Program-made: the position numbers and the translations under genes
The notes under the pieces: generated by a model
Seen by the model: only the letters and a program-made list of their open reading frames with translations
Database searches by the model: none
Told to the model about the DNA's origin: nothing
Assembly (NCBI GenBank): GCA_964649715.1
Contig: CAZYTH010000005.1
Span: 1,765 to 65,764, forward strand
From: an uncultured Candidatus Saccharibacteria bacterium
GTDB lineage: Bacteria; Patescibacteriota; Minisyncoccia; Phycocordibacterales; UBA12445
Direction of reading: 5' to 3'
Length of the DNA stretch: 64,000 bases
Shown here: positions 24,888-34,498 of the stretch, one piece after another
Numbering within the stretch: position 1 is the stretch's first letter
How the letters are laid out: every line of letters starts with the position of its first letter

Positions 24888-26585
24888 ATGAGTGATTTTG
24901 ACGACATACAAGGACAAAAGAAATTAGAGGATATAAAAATTCGGGAAGCCGAAGAGTTGGCTCAAATTCTATCAGGAAGATATAGCATCCCTTATGTTGA
25001 CCTAAGCTCTATCTCAATAAACACTGATGCTCTCAGAATAATAGAAGAACCCATTGCCAGAGACTCAAAAATAGCTGGATTTCAAATGACCGGCAAAAAG
25101 ATAAGTCTAGCTGTACTATCCCCCGCAAATCCAAAAGTTGATACTGTTTTAAACAATGTTCGAGAAAGAGGTTTTGAACCCGTGCTTTTTATAAGCTCAG
25201 AAAAAAGCCTTGAAAGAGCGTGGGAAAGATATAGCGAGATATCAAAAGCGGCTGAAACAAAAGCTGGACTTATTGATGTCTCAAAAGAATTGCTTACCGA
25301 AATACTTGAAAAAACAAAAGGGGTTGAGGACATAAAGAAACAAATAGAAGAACTAACTAAAGACAATAAAACCCAAGGAGTATCTAGAATACTTGAAATC
25401 ATCATTGCTGGTGCTCTCGCAACAAAAGCCTCAGATATTCACATGGAACCCCAAGAAGAATCAGTGAGATTAAGATATCGACTGGACGGTATTCTTCATG
25501 ATATAGATTTTTTCAGTCATCATGTATATAAACTTATCGTTTCAAGAATAAAATTAATTTCTGCACTCAAGCTTAATGTTAAAAAAAGCTCTCAAGATGG
25601 AAGGTTTACGATAGGAACACAAAACAAAGACATTGAAGTAAGAACATCCGTTCTTCCCGGGGTCTATGGCGAGACCATTGTTATGAGACTTCTTGATCCA
25701 GACTCTATATCAATAGATCTTGAAATGATGGGAATTGAAGAAAAACTTCTTCGAATATTCAACGACGAAATAAAAAAACCAAACGGTCTTATTCTAACAA
25801 CAGGACCAACCGGTTCCGGAAAAACCACGACTCTTTATGCTTTTTTAAGAAAGGTCAATGATCCAGGTAATAAAATAATCACAATCGAAGATCCTGTGGA
25901 ATATCACATGAAAGGAGTTTCTCAGACTCAAGTCAGTGAAGATGGCGGATACACTTTCCTTGAAGGTCTTCGAGCGGCTCTTCGTCAAGATCCCGATATC
26001 ATTATGGTAGGAGAAATAAGGGACTCAGAAACGGCAAAAATCGCCATAAACTCAGCTTTAACAGGACATCTGGTATTCTCTACCCTTCACACAAATGACG
26101 CAGCTGGAGCGATTCCAAGACTAGTGGACCTTGGAATAAATTCAAAAATCATTGGCTCGGCCCTTACTCTTGCAATAGCACAAAGACTTGTAAGAAAACT
26201 TTGCGCTAACTGTAAAAAAGCAGTTCCACCAAATCCCGAAGAAAGTAAAATAATCAACATTGTATCCAAATTGATAAAAGAAAAAAGACCAGAGATTGAA
26301 GTTCCAGAAGGGAAAGAAATATGGGTCGCAGGAGATGGATGTGAAATATGCAATGGGGTCGGATATAAGGGCAGGACTGGTGTCTTTGAGGCAATAATGG
26401 TTGATCCTGATGTCACAAGAGTTATTACAGATAAAGTTAACGACAGAGAAATTAAAGATGCTTCAAAAAAACAGGGAATCTTGGATATGAGGGAACACGG
26501 AATACTAAAAGTATTGCAAGGAATAACATCAATAGAAGAATTAGAAAGAGTCGTCCAGTTAAAGTTAGCAGAAGAAAGTTATTAG
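24888..26585 (+). CDS. pilB: Type IV pilus/T2SS extension ATPase (PilB/GspE family)
   Basis: ASDIH.EP, QDGRF, GPTGSGKTTTLY, TIEDPVEY, LRQDPD, TGHLVFSTLHTN, Zn-binding CxxC..CxxC..GYKGR. Confidence 0.92.
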   Translation: MSDFDDIQGQKKLEDIKIREAEELAQILSGRYSIPYVDLSSISINTDALRIIEEPIARDSKIAGFQMTGKKISLAVLSPANPKVDTVLNNVRERGFEPVLFISSEKSLERAWERYSEISKAAETKAGLIDVSKELLTEILEKTKGVEDIKKQIEELTKDNKTQGVSRILEIIIAGALATKASDIHMEPQEESVRLRYRLDGILHDIDFFSHHVYKLIVSRIKLISALKLNVKKSSQDGRFTIGTQNKDIEVRTSVLPGVYGETIVMRLLDPDSISIDLEMMGIEEKLLRIFNDEIKKPNGLILTTGPTGSGKTTTLYAFLRKVNDPGNKIITIEDPVEYHMKGVSQTQVSEDGGYTFLEGLRAALRQDPDIIMVGEIRDSETAKIAINSALTGHLVFSTLHTNDAAGAIPRLVDLGINSKIIGSALTLAIAQRLVRKLCANCKKAVPPNPEESKIINIVSKLIKEKRPEIEVPEGKEIWVAGDGCEICNGVGYKGRTGVFEAIMVDPDVTRVITDKVNDREIKDASKKQGILDMREHGILKVLQGITSIEELERVVQLKLAEESY

Positions 26586-26600
26586 TTTTTTTACAAAATT

Positions 26601-26630
26601 AATAAAACCCGCCGAGTGGCAGGTTTTATT
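26601..26630 (+). terminator. Probable terminator after pilB
   Basis: AATAAAACC.GCC-gagt-GGC.GGTTTTATT. Confidence 0.6.
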
Positions 26631-26932
26631 ACACAGAATTTATAGAGAATTTGATTCTCTAAGCAATTCTTTTAATATAGAATTAAAAGTTAGATAATTT
26701 TTGAAGGATGGTCTCAGTAATTTCACTCAAAAGGTGAGTACCAAGGCGTCCTCCTCAAAAAATCATTTAAACCTGGAGGTTTTATTGCTTAGAGAATCAA
26801 GGTCTCTATTTGTAAAATATCAAAATTTTGCAAATTACAGGAATTACAGGCAAGATATGTTAATAACAGATAAAAGTATTTTTGTAAACCTTTATCCAAC
26901 CTGTTCGGGAATCCTATCATAATAAAATAAAA

Positions 26933-27994
26933 ATGTCAAGTAAATCATCAAAATCTGGCCCAAATAAAGATTATTTTGATGGAGAAGAAAAAGATAAAGT
27001 TGTGTCCTCTGATTTTAAAAATGAGGTCTTTTTAGACAGCACCCTAAGACCTGAAAAATGGGATGAATACATAGGACAAAACCCTATAAAAGAAAATCTA
27101 AAAATACTTCTCGATGCTGCAAAAGCCAGAAAACACCCTCCCGAGCACCTACTCTTCTATGGTCCTCCTGGTCTTGGAAAAACAACCTTGGCTCACCTAA
27201 TCTCAAAAGAAAACAATTCTCAACTAAAAATAACGTCAGGACCTGCAATAGAAAAAGTAGGAGACCTGGCCTCCTTGCTTACAAATCTTTCTGCAGGAGA
27301 CATACTATTTGTCGACGAGATACACAGATTAAATAAAATGATAGAAGAAGTTCTTTATCCTGCAATGGAATCTGGGGTTTTGAATATAATAATTGGTAAG
27401 GGTCCTTCTGCCAGAACAATACAACTTGAGCTACCTCCTTTCACACTGGTGGCTGCCACAACAAAAATAGCGCTACTGTCCTCCCCTCTACGATCACGAT
27501 TCTCTGGAGGAACTTTTAGACTTGAATTCTACACCAACGAAGAAGTAGAGAAGATAATCACAAGATCTGCTAATATCCTTGAGGTAGAAATAGAAAAAGA
27601 AGCTACCGAGGAGATAGCAAAAAGAAGCAGGTTTACGCCACGCATAGCGAATCATTTGCTTAAGAGGTGTCGTGATTTTGCACAAGTCAAAGGAACTATT
27701 TTGAATAAAAATACCGTAAAAGAAGCACTTTCTCTTTTGGGAATCGATCATGCGGGATTGAATACAACCGATAAAAAAATACTTGAAACGATTATAAATA
27801 AATTTGCAGGTGGCCCCGTTGGGCTTAGTACTATTGGAGCAGCCATATCCGAAGAAACTGATACAATAGAAGAAGTTAATGAACCATATCTTATACAATT
27901 GGGATTTATCGAAAGAACACCAAGAGGTCGTTCCGCGACAAGAAAAGCATACGAACACATAGGAGCTGATTTCCCCAAAAATAAACTGTTTTAA
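26933..27994 (+). CDS. ruvB: Holliday junction DNA helicase RuvB
   Basis: LRP...EYIGQ, GPPGLGKTTLA, DEIHRL, LYPAME, ERTPRGR. Confidence 0.97.
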   Translation: MSSKSSKSGPNKDYFDGEEKDKVVSSDFKNEVFLDSTLRPEKWDEYIGQNPIKENLKILLDAAKARKHPPEHLLFYGPPGLGKTTLAHLISKENNSQLKITSGPAIEKVGDLASLLTNLSAGDILFVDEIHRLNKMIEEVLYPAMESGVLNIIIGKGPSARTIQLELPPFTLVAATTKIALLSSPLRSRFSGGTFRLEFYTNEEVEKIITRSANILEVEIEKEATEEIAKRSRFTPRIANHLLKRCRDFAQVKGTILNKNTVKEALSLLGIDHAGLNTTDKKILETIINKFAGGPVGLSTIGAAISEETDTIEEVNEPYLIQLGFIERTPRGRSATRKAYEHIGADFPKNKLF

Positions 27995-28229
27995 ACAATT
28001 TATTCGATTTATGATTTATGAAAAATCCCTCACGATTATTCGCAAGGGATAATTTTCCGCTCGTGGCGGAAAAGAATTAAAGAAAAAAGGTAAAAGGATT
28101 AGTAGGAAACTGCTTGCCCTCTCACCAACCTCTCCACTGAGAGTTTTTAGTGAATGCGGGAAGCCGTAGGCGAGTTCGGATACCTAACTCGGCCAATCAT
28201 GAACTCTAATCGAGATTGGTGACTGGGGA

Positions 28230-29021
28230 TTAGGAAACTACTGCACGAGCCCGCAAGCGCGAGAACGAATCGCTGGTGCGGCACCAATCCACGTAGAACT
28301 TGCCAGCGCTCCAGCCCGCGCCCGGGACGCTGCCATCGGAATAGCGGGAGCCGCTACAGAGGGTAGTGCTGTTGATGTCCAAGTGGTGTTTGGTAAGCCG
28401 GAAGTAGAAGAGCTCGAGAAGACGGCGCTCGAGGAGGGTCATGGTCTGGATCTTTTGTTTCTCGATATCGAGAGCCGAAAGATTCTTGAGATCTTTGGGC
28501 ACTTCGATGGAGTCTTTGATCCAGATGGCATAGGACTTCGTGATGTTTCTCTCTTCCTTGCCCTGGTCCATGTCCTTGTCGAGATCGTCGCCGTACTTCC
28601 AGGTGGACATACCGAGCTTCTTCTCGCCGTCAGAGATCATTTTGTGTGTCAGTGACTTGGTGATGAACATCAGGAAGTCGAAACCTTGTTTGTAGTCCGG
28701 GATATCCTCCCTTTCTTTCAGGTCCAAGCCGAGAACTTCCTTATAGAATTTCTTCCAGATCCACTGGAATTCGTCAGGAACATTGACCATCTGTCCACCA
28801 AGGATGGCAGACATCTTGGGTGTGAAAGTGGCCAGCACTTTCTTGCCGAGAATCGCCTCTCGAAGTCGGGCAATCCTTTCGGGTTGTTTCATACCAATGA
28901 AGGCTTGCAGTTCTTCGGGTGTGACCTCATTGTAGACAACCGAGAGAGCTTTTAGAACTGCGCAGTCAACTTCTCGCGCGAGTCCTCCTTGCTTTTGGAC
29001 ATTCCCGTTTTGCTTGGGCAT
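28230..29021 (-). CDS. CLec-fold-type protein, probable DGR target (GC-rich)
   Basis: C-terminus LDINSTTLCSGSRYSDGSVPGAGWSAGKFYVDWCRTSDSFSRLRARAVVS resembles CPR DGR variable regions; SD AAGGAG. Confidence 0.75.
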   Translation of the reverse strand: MPKQNGNVQKQGGLAREVDCAVLKALSVVYNEVTPEELQAFIGMKQPERIARLREAILGKKVLATFTPKMSAILGGQMVNVPDEFQWIWKKFYKEVLGLDLKEREDIPDYKQGFDFLMFITKSLTHKMISDGEKKLGMSTWKYGDDLDKDMDQGKEERNITKSYAIWIKDSIEVPKDLKNLSALDIEKQKIQTMTLLERRLLELFYFRLTKHHLDINSTTLCSGSRYSDGSVPGAGWSAGKFYVDWCRTSDSFSRLRARAVVS

Positions 29022-29096
29022 TTCCTTTCTCCTTTTTAAAAGAACTTACTTGGGTCTCGCCAAGTCAATCGCGAAAAACACTTTCGCTTTATCGGA

Positions 29097-29125
29097 AGAT
29101 TACAGTAGATTGGTCGGTCTGTCAA
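29097..29125 (-). promoter_or_regulatory. Sigma70 promoter for the putative DGR target
   Basis: TTGACA-17 nt-TAATCT on the minus strand. Confidence 0.55.
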
Positions 29126-29276
29126 CCTTTGTCCTCCACTCATACTTAATGTAGTATAGAAAAGTAGTCGTTAGTTTTTAGTTGATAGTTTTTAGAAAAA
29201 CAGACAATTTTTTACTGTCGCAATACCACTGAGGTTTTTTAAAATACGCACATTCATAAATATAGGTTTAATATAG

Positions 29277-29302
29277 AAAACCCCGCAATTAATGCGGGGT
29301 TT
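29277..29302 (-). terminator. Terminator after the paralog pair
   Basis: AAACCCCGCA-attaa-TGCGGGGTTT. Confidence 0.7.
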
Positions 29303-29314
29303 CAGACCTAAAAA

Positions 29315-30142
29315 TCACTTAGAAACAACTTCTCGTATCCTAAGACGGTGATCTTTTGTGTCTAGTTTAAAAGGATGAATAACAAGTAGATTAGTTCTTG
29401 TGAGCATCATTGGACAAAATTCTTGATAACTCACAGTAGGAACAAATTCTCTCTTTGTCTCTTTGTCGTAGTAAACACTACCAACACAAAAAGTTTGTGA
29501 ATCAACATCTAAATGTTCCCCTGTTTCTTCAAAATACTTAAGATGGAAAATAAGTCTTTCCAAAAGATTGATGCTGTTTATTCCAAGACTCAGCGACATT
29601 TCAGGGCTTAGTTGACGATGTGCACTATCAGACCATTCACAATCCCTAACCCAAATTGCATAAGCTGATGTTGGTTTTCTTACACTAACGCAATCAATAT
29701 CAACTTCAGCAGGAATTCTATTTTCATAACTAAACAGGCTGATATTTTTAAACAACCCAACATTGTTTCCTCTAAAAACTCGAAAAACATGTTCAAGAAT
29801 TAAATCCTTTGGAATGATAATAAGCCTATCAAATCCCTTTCTTAGTTCAGGTATGTTCTCTTTTAAAAAAACAAGATCAATTCCAAAATATTTCCTATAA
29901 AACCTTTTCCAATCTTCAATCAAAATTTCTATTTCATCGAGTATTTTTGTTCCGACGCAACAAGTAATGAGAAATTCTCTAAAACTTTTACGAAAAGACT
30001 CCGGGTTATTTCTTGCTCTTGTTAAAACTTTTTCAATAATATCCTCTTCTTTTGGTAGAGATTTCAATATTGTGATATCAAAATCTCTAAAATTTTTGAT
30101 ACACTTAGACACAAAGGCACCAATATTTTCACTTACCTTCAT
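29315..30142 (-). CDS. AT-rich paralog of the putative DGR target protein
   Basis: Shares W..FY...G, IP....GF, YAIW..D, LLER, HLD....T.C.GS.Y, VP, RLR.R.VVS with 28230..29021. Confidence 0.8.
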   Translation of the reverse strand: MKVSENIGAFVSKCIKNFRDFDITILKSLPKEEDIIEKVLTRARNNPESFRKSFREFLITCCVGTKILDEIEILIEDWKRFYRKYFGIDLVFLKENIPELRKGFDRLIIIPKDLILEHVFRVFRGNNVGLFKNISLFSYENRIPAEVDIDCVSVRKPTSAYAIWVRDCEWSDSAHRQLSPEMSLSLGINSINLLERLIFHLKYFEETGEHLDVDSQTFCVGSVYYDKETKREFVPTVSYQEFCPMMLTRTNLLVIHPFKLDTKDHRLRIREVVSK

Positions 30143-30972
30143 TTGTCAATCTCCTTAAATTCAATTACAGAGCGTGCTCGTATCTTTATTTGATATGCCT
30201 CATCAAGAGAAATAATTATACTTTGATTAGACTCGTCAAACTGTTTGTATTGAACTCCTTTTATAGTGAGACGGGTTCCATTCATATATACGATAGGAAC
30301 AAAAACATTCCACAAAGGAATATTTGAAACATTTTCTATATCCTTCTTGTAAACGGTACCCAAACACAATGTGGCTCCATTGCAATCAAGAATATTTTTT
30401 TTATTCTCGTCTAAACATTTCGCAAACAAAACAAAGTATTCCAAAAGAGTTATTCCATTTATTCCTATCCGACTTAGCAAATCTGGATAACCCTGAAGAC
30501 TGTTTTCTGCATCTAACTCATCTTTAACCCAAACAGCATAACCTTTTTGCTTGGAATTTCTAACATTTTCTGTGATTTCATCAAAATCATCTGTCTTTGT
30601 ACTCATACTCCACCTAAAACAAGGGATAAACTCCACCAAAAAAGAATACATTCTTTCTGTTGTCATCCCCTTGGGAATCATCAGAAGCCTACTGTAGCCA
30701 GGATTTTTTTTTGGAATAAGAATATCGGAAAGAAATTCTGGTCTTATACCAAAATATTTTTGATAAAACATCTTCCAATCCAATACGATATACTCTATGT
30801 CACGTTCCGTAAAAGGAATAAAGGTTTTTTGGATAATAGAAATTATTTCTATTATCCTAGAAACTTCACCTGGAGAAATCTTTTGATTACAATTTATCTC
30901 TTTCTTCAAAACAATCAAGGATTCCTTTATTATTAGTAAGGTGGTGTCTGAAACCTGAATTTTCTCGTTCAT
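30139..30972 (-). CDS. Second AT-rich paralog of the putative DGR target protein
   Basis: DWKMFYQKYFG, YAVWVKD, TLLE, LD...TLC.G, VP, IRARSV; ATGA overlap with the next gene. Confidence 0.78.
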   Translation of the reverse strand: MNEKIQVSDTTLLIIKESLIVLKKEINCNQKISPGEVSRIIEIISIIQKTFIPFTERDIEYIVLDWKMFYQKYFGIRPEFLSDILIPKKNPGYSRLLMIPKGMTTERMYSFLVEFIPCFRWSMSTKTDDFDEITENVRNSKQKGYAVWVKDELDAENSLQGYPDLLSRIGINGITLLEYFVLFAKCLDENKKNILDCNGATLCLGTVYKKDIENVSNIPLWNVFVPIVYMNGTRLTIKGVQYKQFDESNQSIIISLDEAYQIKIRARSVIEFKEIDK

Positions 30973-31169
30973 TTGTACATCCTTATTTTCAAGGTTCTTT
31001 TTTATAACAAAAGCAAAAATAAGACTTTTAAGCAAGGGAAAAGAATAATATCTAAATTATCGGTAATTAAAAGTTAATGTATATAAAATTAAATAATTTA
31101 ATACTTGATTAGCCTTACCGTACTAATGTAGTATAGAAAGACAGTCAAATTAAAAGCTTAAAAAATTTT

Positions 31170-31709
31170 ATGAGTGGTCATAACAAATTTTCAAAAATAA
31201 AACACAAAAAAGGTGCAGAAGATGCAAAAAAAAGCAAAGCTTTCGCAATGATGTCCAAGAAGATAACAGTTGAGTCTCGTATTGCTAAGGGCGATAAAAA
31301 CTCTCCAGGTCTTAGAAAGGTGATCGAGAATGCACGCAAAATTAACATGCCGAACGACAAAATTGATACTGCCATAGCCAAGGGAATTGGCGCAGGTGGA
31401 GCAGAAATGCAAAATGTAATGTATGAAGCCTATGGGCCAGGAGGATCTGCTATAATAATTACGGGCATAACCGACAACAAAAACAGAATGACTCCAGAAA
31501 TTAAGCACTTACTTTCTGCAAACGGGGGAACATTGGGAGGAGAAGGATCGGTTATCTGGGCATTTCAAAAGAAAGAAGATGAGTGGGAATCAACGATGCC
31601 ATTAGAATTACCCGAGAAAGACAGAGGGTCCTTAATTAATTTGTTAGAAATAATTGACGAACACGAAGACGTAGAAAGTATATATACAAACATCTCCAAT
31701 TTAGAATAA
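31170..31709 (+). CDS. yebC: YebC/PmpR-family protein (short form)
   Basis: MSGHNKFSKIKHKKG, NMP.D.I, YEAYGPGG, TDNKNR, EDVESIYTN. Confidence 0.95.
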   Translation: MSGHNKFSKIKHKKGAEDAKKSKAFAMMSKKITVESRIAKGDKNSPGLRKVIENARKINMPNDKIDTAIAKGIGAGGAEMQNVMYEAYGPGGSAIIITGITDNKNRMTPEIKHLLSANGGTLGGEGSVIWAFQKKEDEWESTMPLELPEKDRGSLINLLEIIDEHEDVESIYTNISNLE

Positions 31710-31820
31710 ATTGGAGATGGATTTATGGTTCATGGTTAAAGATTTATGAAAAAAATCCCAAGTAAACAATGCGTAATTCTCGCGGAGGCGGAGATAACAG
31801 AAAAATTAGTTTAATGTTTT

Positions 31821-32309
31821 ATGAAAATTATTGGTGTTGATCCTGGCTATGATAAATTTGGAGTGGCTATTATAGAAAAAAAAACGGGAAAAGAATTTCT
31901 TATTTATTCTAATTGTATAAGAACATCACCCAAACTACCTTTAAACGACCGTATCTATGAAATAGGAAAACAATTTAACGAACTAATCAAAAAATATAGC
32001 CCGGATGTACTTGCAATAGAAAAGCTATTTTTCACTACCAATCAAAAAACAGCCATGGGAGTATCAGAAGCCAAGGGTGTTGCTACTTATATAGCGAAAA
32101 ACAACGGTTTAGAAGTCTTTGAGTTCACTCCCCTTCAAATAAAAATCGCAGTAGTCGGATATGGAAAAGCGGAAAAGAACCAAGTTTCAAAAATGATCCC
32201 ATTTCTAATAAAAAATTGGACTGATATAAACAAAAAGAAAATTGAGGATGATGAATATGATGCGATAGCAGTCGCACTTACGTGTTCGGCAACAAACAGA
32301 CAAACTTGA
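31821..32309 (+). CDS. ruvC: Crossover junction endodeoxyribonuclease RuvC
   Basis: IIGVDPG, AIEKLFF..N, TPLQIK.AVVGYGKAEK.QV, DD..DAIAVA. Confidence 0.96.
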   Translation: MKIIGVDPGYDKFGVAIIEKKTGKEFLIYSNCIRTSPKLPLNDRIYEIGKQFNELIKKYSPDVLAIEKLFFTTNQKTAMGVSEAKGVATYIAKNNGLEVFEFTPLQIKIAVVGYGKAEKNQVSKMIPFLIKNWTDINKKKIEDDEYDAIAVALTCSATNRQT

Positions 32310-32443
32310 CATAATCGTTTATTTTTAATTTTATCTTGTTTTTCTATGTTTTACTTTTTGACTTTTTTTAAAAAAAATTATTATTATGTAGTGAAGAAGA
32401 TAAATTTTAATTTAGAAAATTATTTTTGGTCATTAAAATAACC

Positions 32444-32662
32444 ATGCCAAAATCAAATAACAAAAAAAAAGACGATGGGGACGAGGAGAAAAAACAAACA
32501 ACAGAAGAAGAAGTTGACGAATATGAAGGAAGTAATGATCCAGAATTAGTAGAAGCAGTGTTAGACGAAGTGTTTCCCGAAGAAGACTTAGGATTAGGAT
32601 GTGATCTCGATAGGCTAGGATTAGGCCTCGATAACGGGATCAAAGAAAGTGATTATATTTAA
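32444..32662 (+). CDS. Small acidic hypothetical protein
   Basis: Basic N-terminus then D/E-rich; followed by a terminator. Confidence 0.55.
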   Translation: MPKSNNKKKDDGDEEKKQTTEEEVDEYEGSNDPELVEAVLDEVFPEEDLGLGCDLDRLGLGLDNGIKESDYI

Positions 32663-32666
32663 AATC

Positions 32667-32699
32667 AAAAAAATACCCGCAAAAAAGCGGGTATTTTTT
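32667..32699. terminator. Bidirectional terminator
   Basis: AAAAAATACCCGC-aaaaaa-GCGGGTATTTTTT between convergent genes. Confidence 0.75.
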
Positions 32700-32709
32700 A
32701 TTTCTAAAA

Positions 32710-33294
32710 TTATATATAAACTTTAACTTTTTTAAATCTATCGTCGCTATTTAAAACATCGCGTATCGCATCAGCAATATCTTTTAACTTCTTTTCATAA
32801 TCTTTTTCGGAAGGATCTGGGGCGCCCTCTTTCATAACAATTAAAACATTGGCTTTTTGAAATTCTTTGTCCTTCATTGAAACATCTATTGTTATCAAAA
32901 AACTATCCCCCTCTTTCCTTTTTATTTCAAAAAAAGCATCGACTCCATGTTTTAAATCAAGAGGAGTTTTAACAGAAGAATAAAAATAAACATCTTCACT
33001 GTCCTCTATATCTAATTCTTCCATCAAAGTTGCGTGGAGGTCATTTGCAAATCTTTCTTTGGGATTTGTCGGACCAACCTCCTCATCTTCCGGATATTCT
33101 TTTTGAACTTTCTTTGCAAAATTAACCGAATCATGATAATTCAAATATCCGCTCTCCTCATATTCGTAGATTTCCTCTTGGGTCAGCTTAAGGCCACTAA
33201 GAGCCTCTTTTATTCTACCCGCTTCTATCTCCCCAAAAACCTCAGACTCAAGAAGTCCTCCTGTATATCCACTAATTTTATTTGGATCAAACAT
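32710..33294 (-). CDS. Hypothetical protein (possible PD-(D/E)XK-like)
   Basis: TPLD.KHGVDAFF...ITIDVSMK pattern; otherwise unrecognised. Confidence 0.65.
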   Translation of the reverse strand: MFDPNKISGYTGGLLESEVFGEIEAGRIKEALSGLKLTQEEIYEYEESGYLNYHDSVNFAKKVQKEYPEDEEVGPTNPKERFANDLHATLMEELDIEDSEDVYFYSSVKTPLDLKHGVDAFFEIKRKEGDSFLITIDVSMKDKEFQKANVLIVMKEGAPDPSEKDYEKKLKDIADAIRDVLNSDDRFKKVKVYI

Positions 33295-33398
33295 TTTTTA
33301 TTACAATCTAGTATAATAATCCATTATAAACAAAGAACATAAATAATTCTAACAATATAAATTTAGACAACCCTCCACAAAACACGACAAAAAAGGAA

Positions 33399-33818
33399 GT
33401 GGTAAAAACAGCTGAAAAAATTAAGCCTCTTTATACGGCACTGTTTGTAAATGATATTTCATCCCTGCTCAATAAATATCCTCCAAAACACGGAAAAAAA
33501 TTCGGCCACCACTCCACGATTGCTTTCAAACCCGGCTCTCTCGATGGCATAAGCGTAGGCGAAAAATTAACAATGAAAATAATAGGACGTGTTTCCGATG
33601 AGAAAGGAGATGCTCTCTTGGTTGAAAATCCAAAATCAACGAATAATCATCCACACATAACACTATCATGCGCCGAAGGTGTCTCCCCTGTGTACTCAAA
33701 TGAATTAATTGAAAAAGCGATCACATCAAATACAGTAGAATATTTTGATAACCCTGAAGAAATTGACGTAACGGAAGGTTATTTTGACGGCAAAAAAGAT
33801 GTTTTGGAGACCAAATAA
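33399..33818 (+). CDS. 2H-phosphoesterase-like protein
   Basis: Two H-x-T motifs (HSTIAF, HITLS) plus P.YSN. Confidence 0.65.
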   Translation: MVKTAEKIKPLYTALFVNDISSLLNKYPPKHGKKFGHHSTIAFKPGSLDGISVGEKLTMKIIGRVSDEKGDALLVENPKSTNNHPHITLSCAEGVSPVYSNELIEKAITSNTVEYFDNPEEIDVTEGYFDGKKDVLETK

Positions 33819-33893
33819 AGGTGATTACTAACAGATTATCTTGTGCCATAAAGCACAACAATCCAGACCTCTCCTTTTCTACTCTGTTTTCAT

Positions 33894-34496
33894 TTATTTT
33901 ATTATCTCAATAATTTTATGACCAACATGATAAGGACCGAATCCTTTAATTAAAACAGCGTCAGCTTCTTCTTTAATAAGTAACTTGTCCGGCCATTCAT
34001 GGACAAAGTTCATCTCAAAAGGGGTGTTTCCAATAGTATATTCCGCTTTTTTTAAAACAACTTCTCCTTCTGTGGCTCCTTCAAGGAGGTGCTCTTTCGT
34101 GATTCTATAAACATCATCGTCTTTTATCATTATTACATTACCCATAACAGGCTGCGGTTTTATTTCAAAATAATCTGAACCAATCTTTTGCCTCTTAAAT
34201 CTTAAACACTCTCCCGTCTTAAGAATGAAATAAGTGGAACCGTTTTCCGTTTTAAAAATCCTCGACAGAGACTCTTTCGATTCCATTAGTTTTTCAATAA
34301 ACTCAGCCAAGACTTGTTCTTTTTTATTTTGTAACAGACTAAAGTCTATTTTTTTATTAAAATAGTCTTCCTCTACCTGTTCCATATCAGTCTCATACTG
34401 TTCATAAAGACTATTTACATCGTCTAAAGAGAGGGGTTTCTTTTCCTCTTCAGTCTTTCTTGTTTCTGTTTTTTGAAAATTCTCTTCTTTTCTCAT
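33894..34496 (-). CDS. Hypothetical protein
   Basis: 200-aa ORF starting 3 nt after the tyrS stop; F.TENGSTY motif. Confidence 0.7.
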   Translation of the reverse strand: MRKEENFQKTETRKTEEEKKPLSLDDVNSLYEQYETDMEQVEEDYFNKKIDFSLLQNKKEQVLAEFIEKLMESKESLSRIFKTENGSTYFILKTGECLRFKRQKIGSDYFEIKPQPVMGNVIMIKDDDVYRITKEHLLEGATEGEVVLKKAEYTIGNTPFEMNFVHEWPDKLLIKEEADAVLIKGFGPYHVGHKIIEIIK

Positions 34497-34498
34497 TT

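Noticed and set aside
26701-26922. 73-aa ORF between pilB and ruvB
   Set aside because: TTG start, no motifs or clear initiation signals; cannot be supported
31170-31709. Short YebC, short HolA and PolA lacking a full 3'-5' exonuclease region as pseudogenes
   Set aside because: ORFs are uninterrupted with both termini intact; compact forms fit genome reduction
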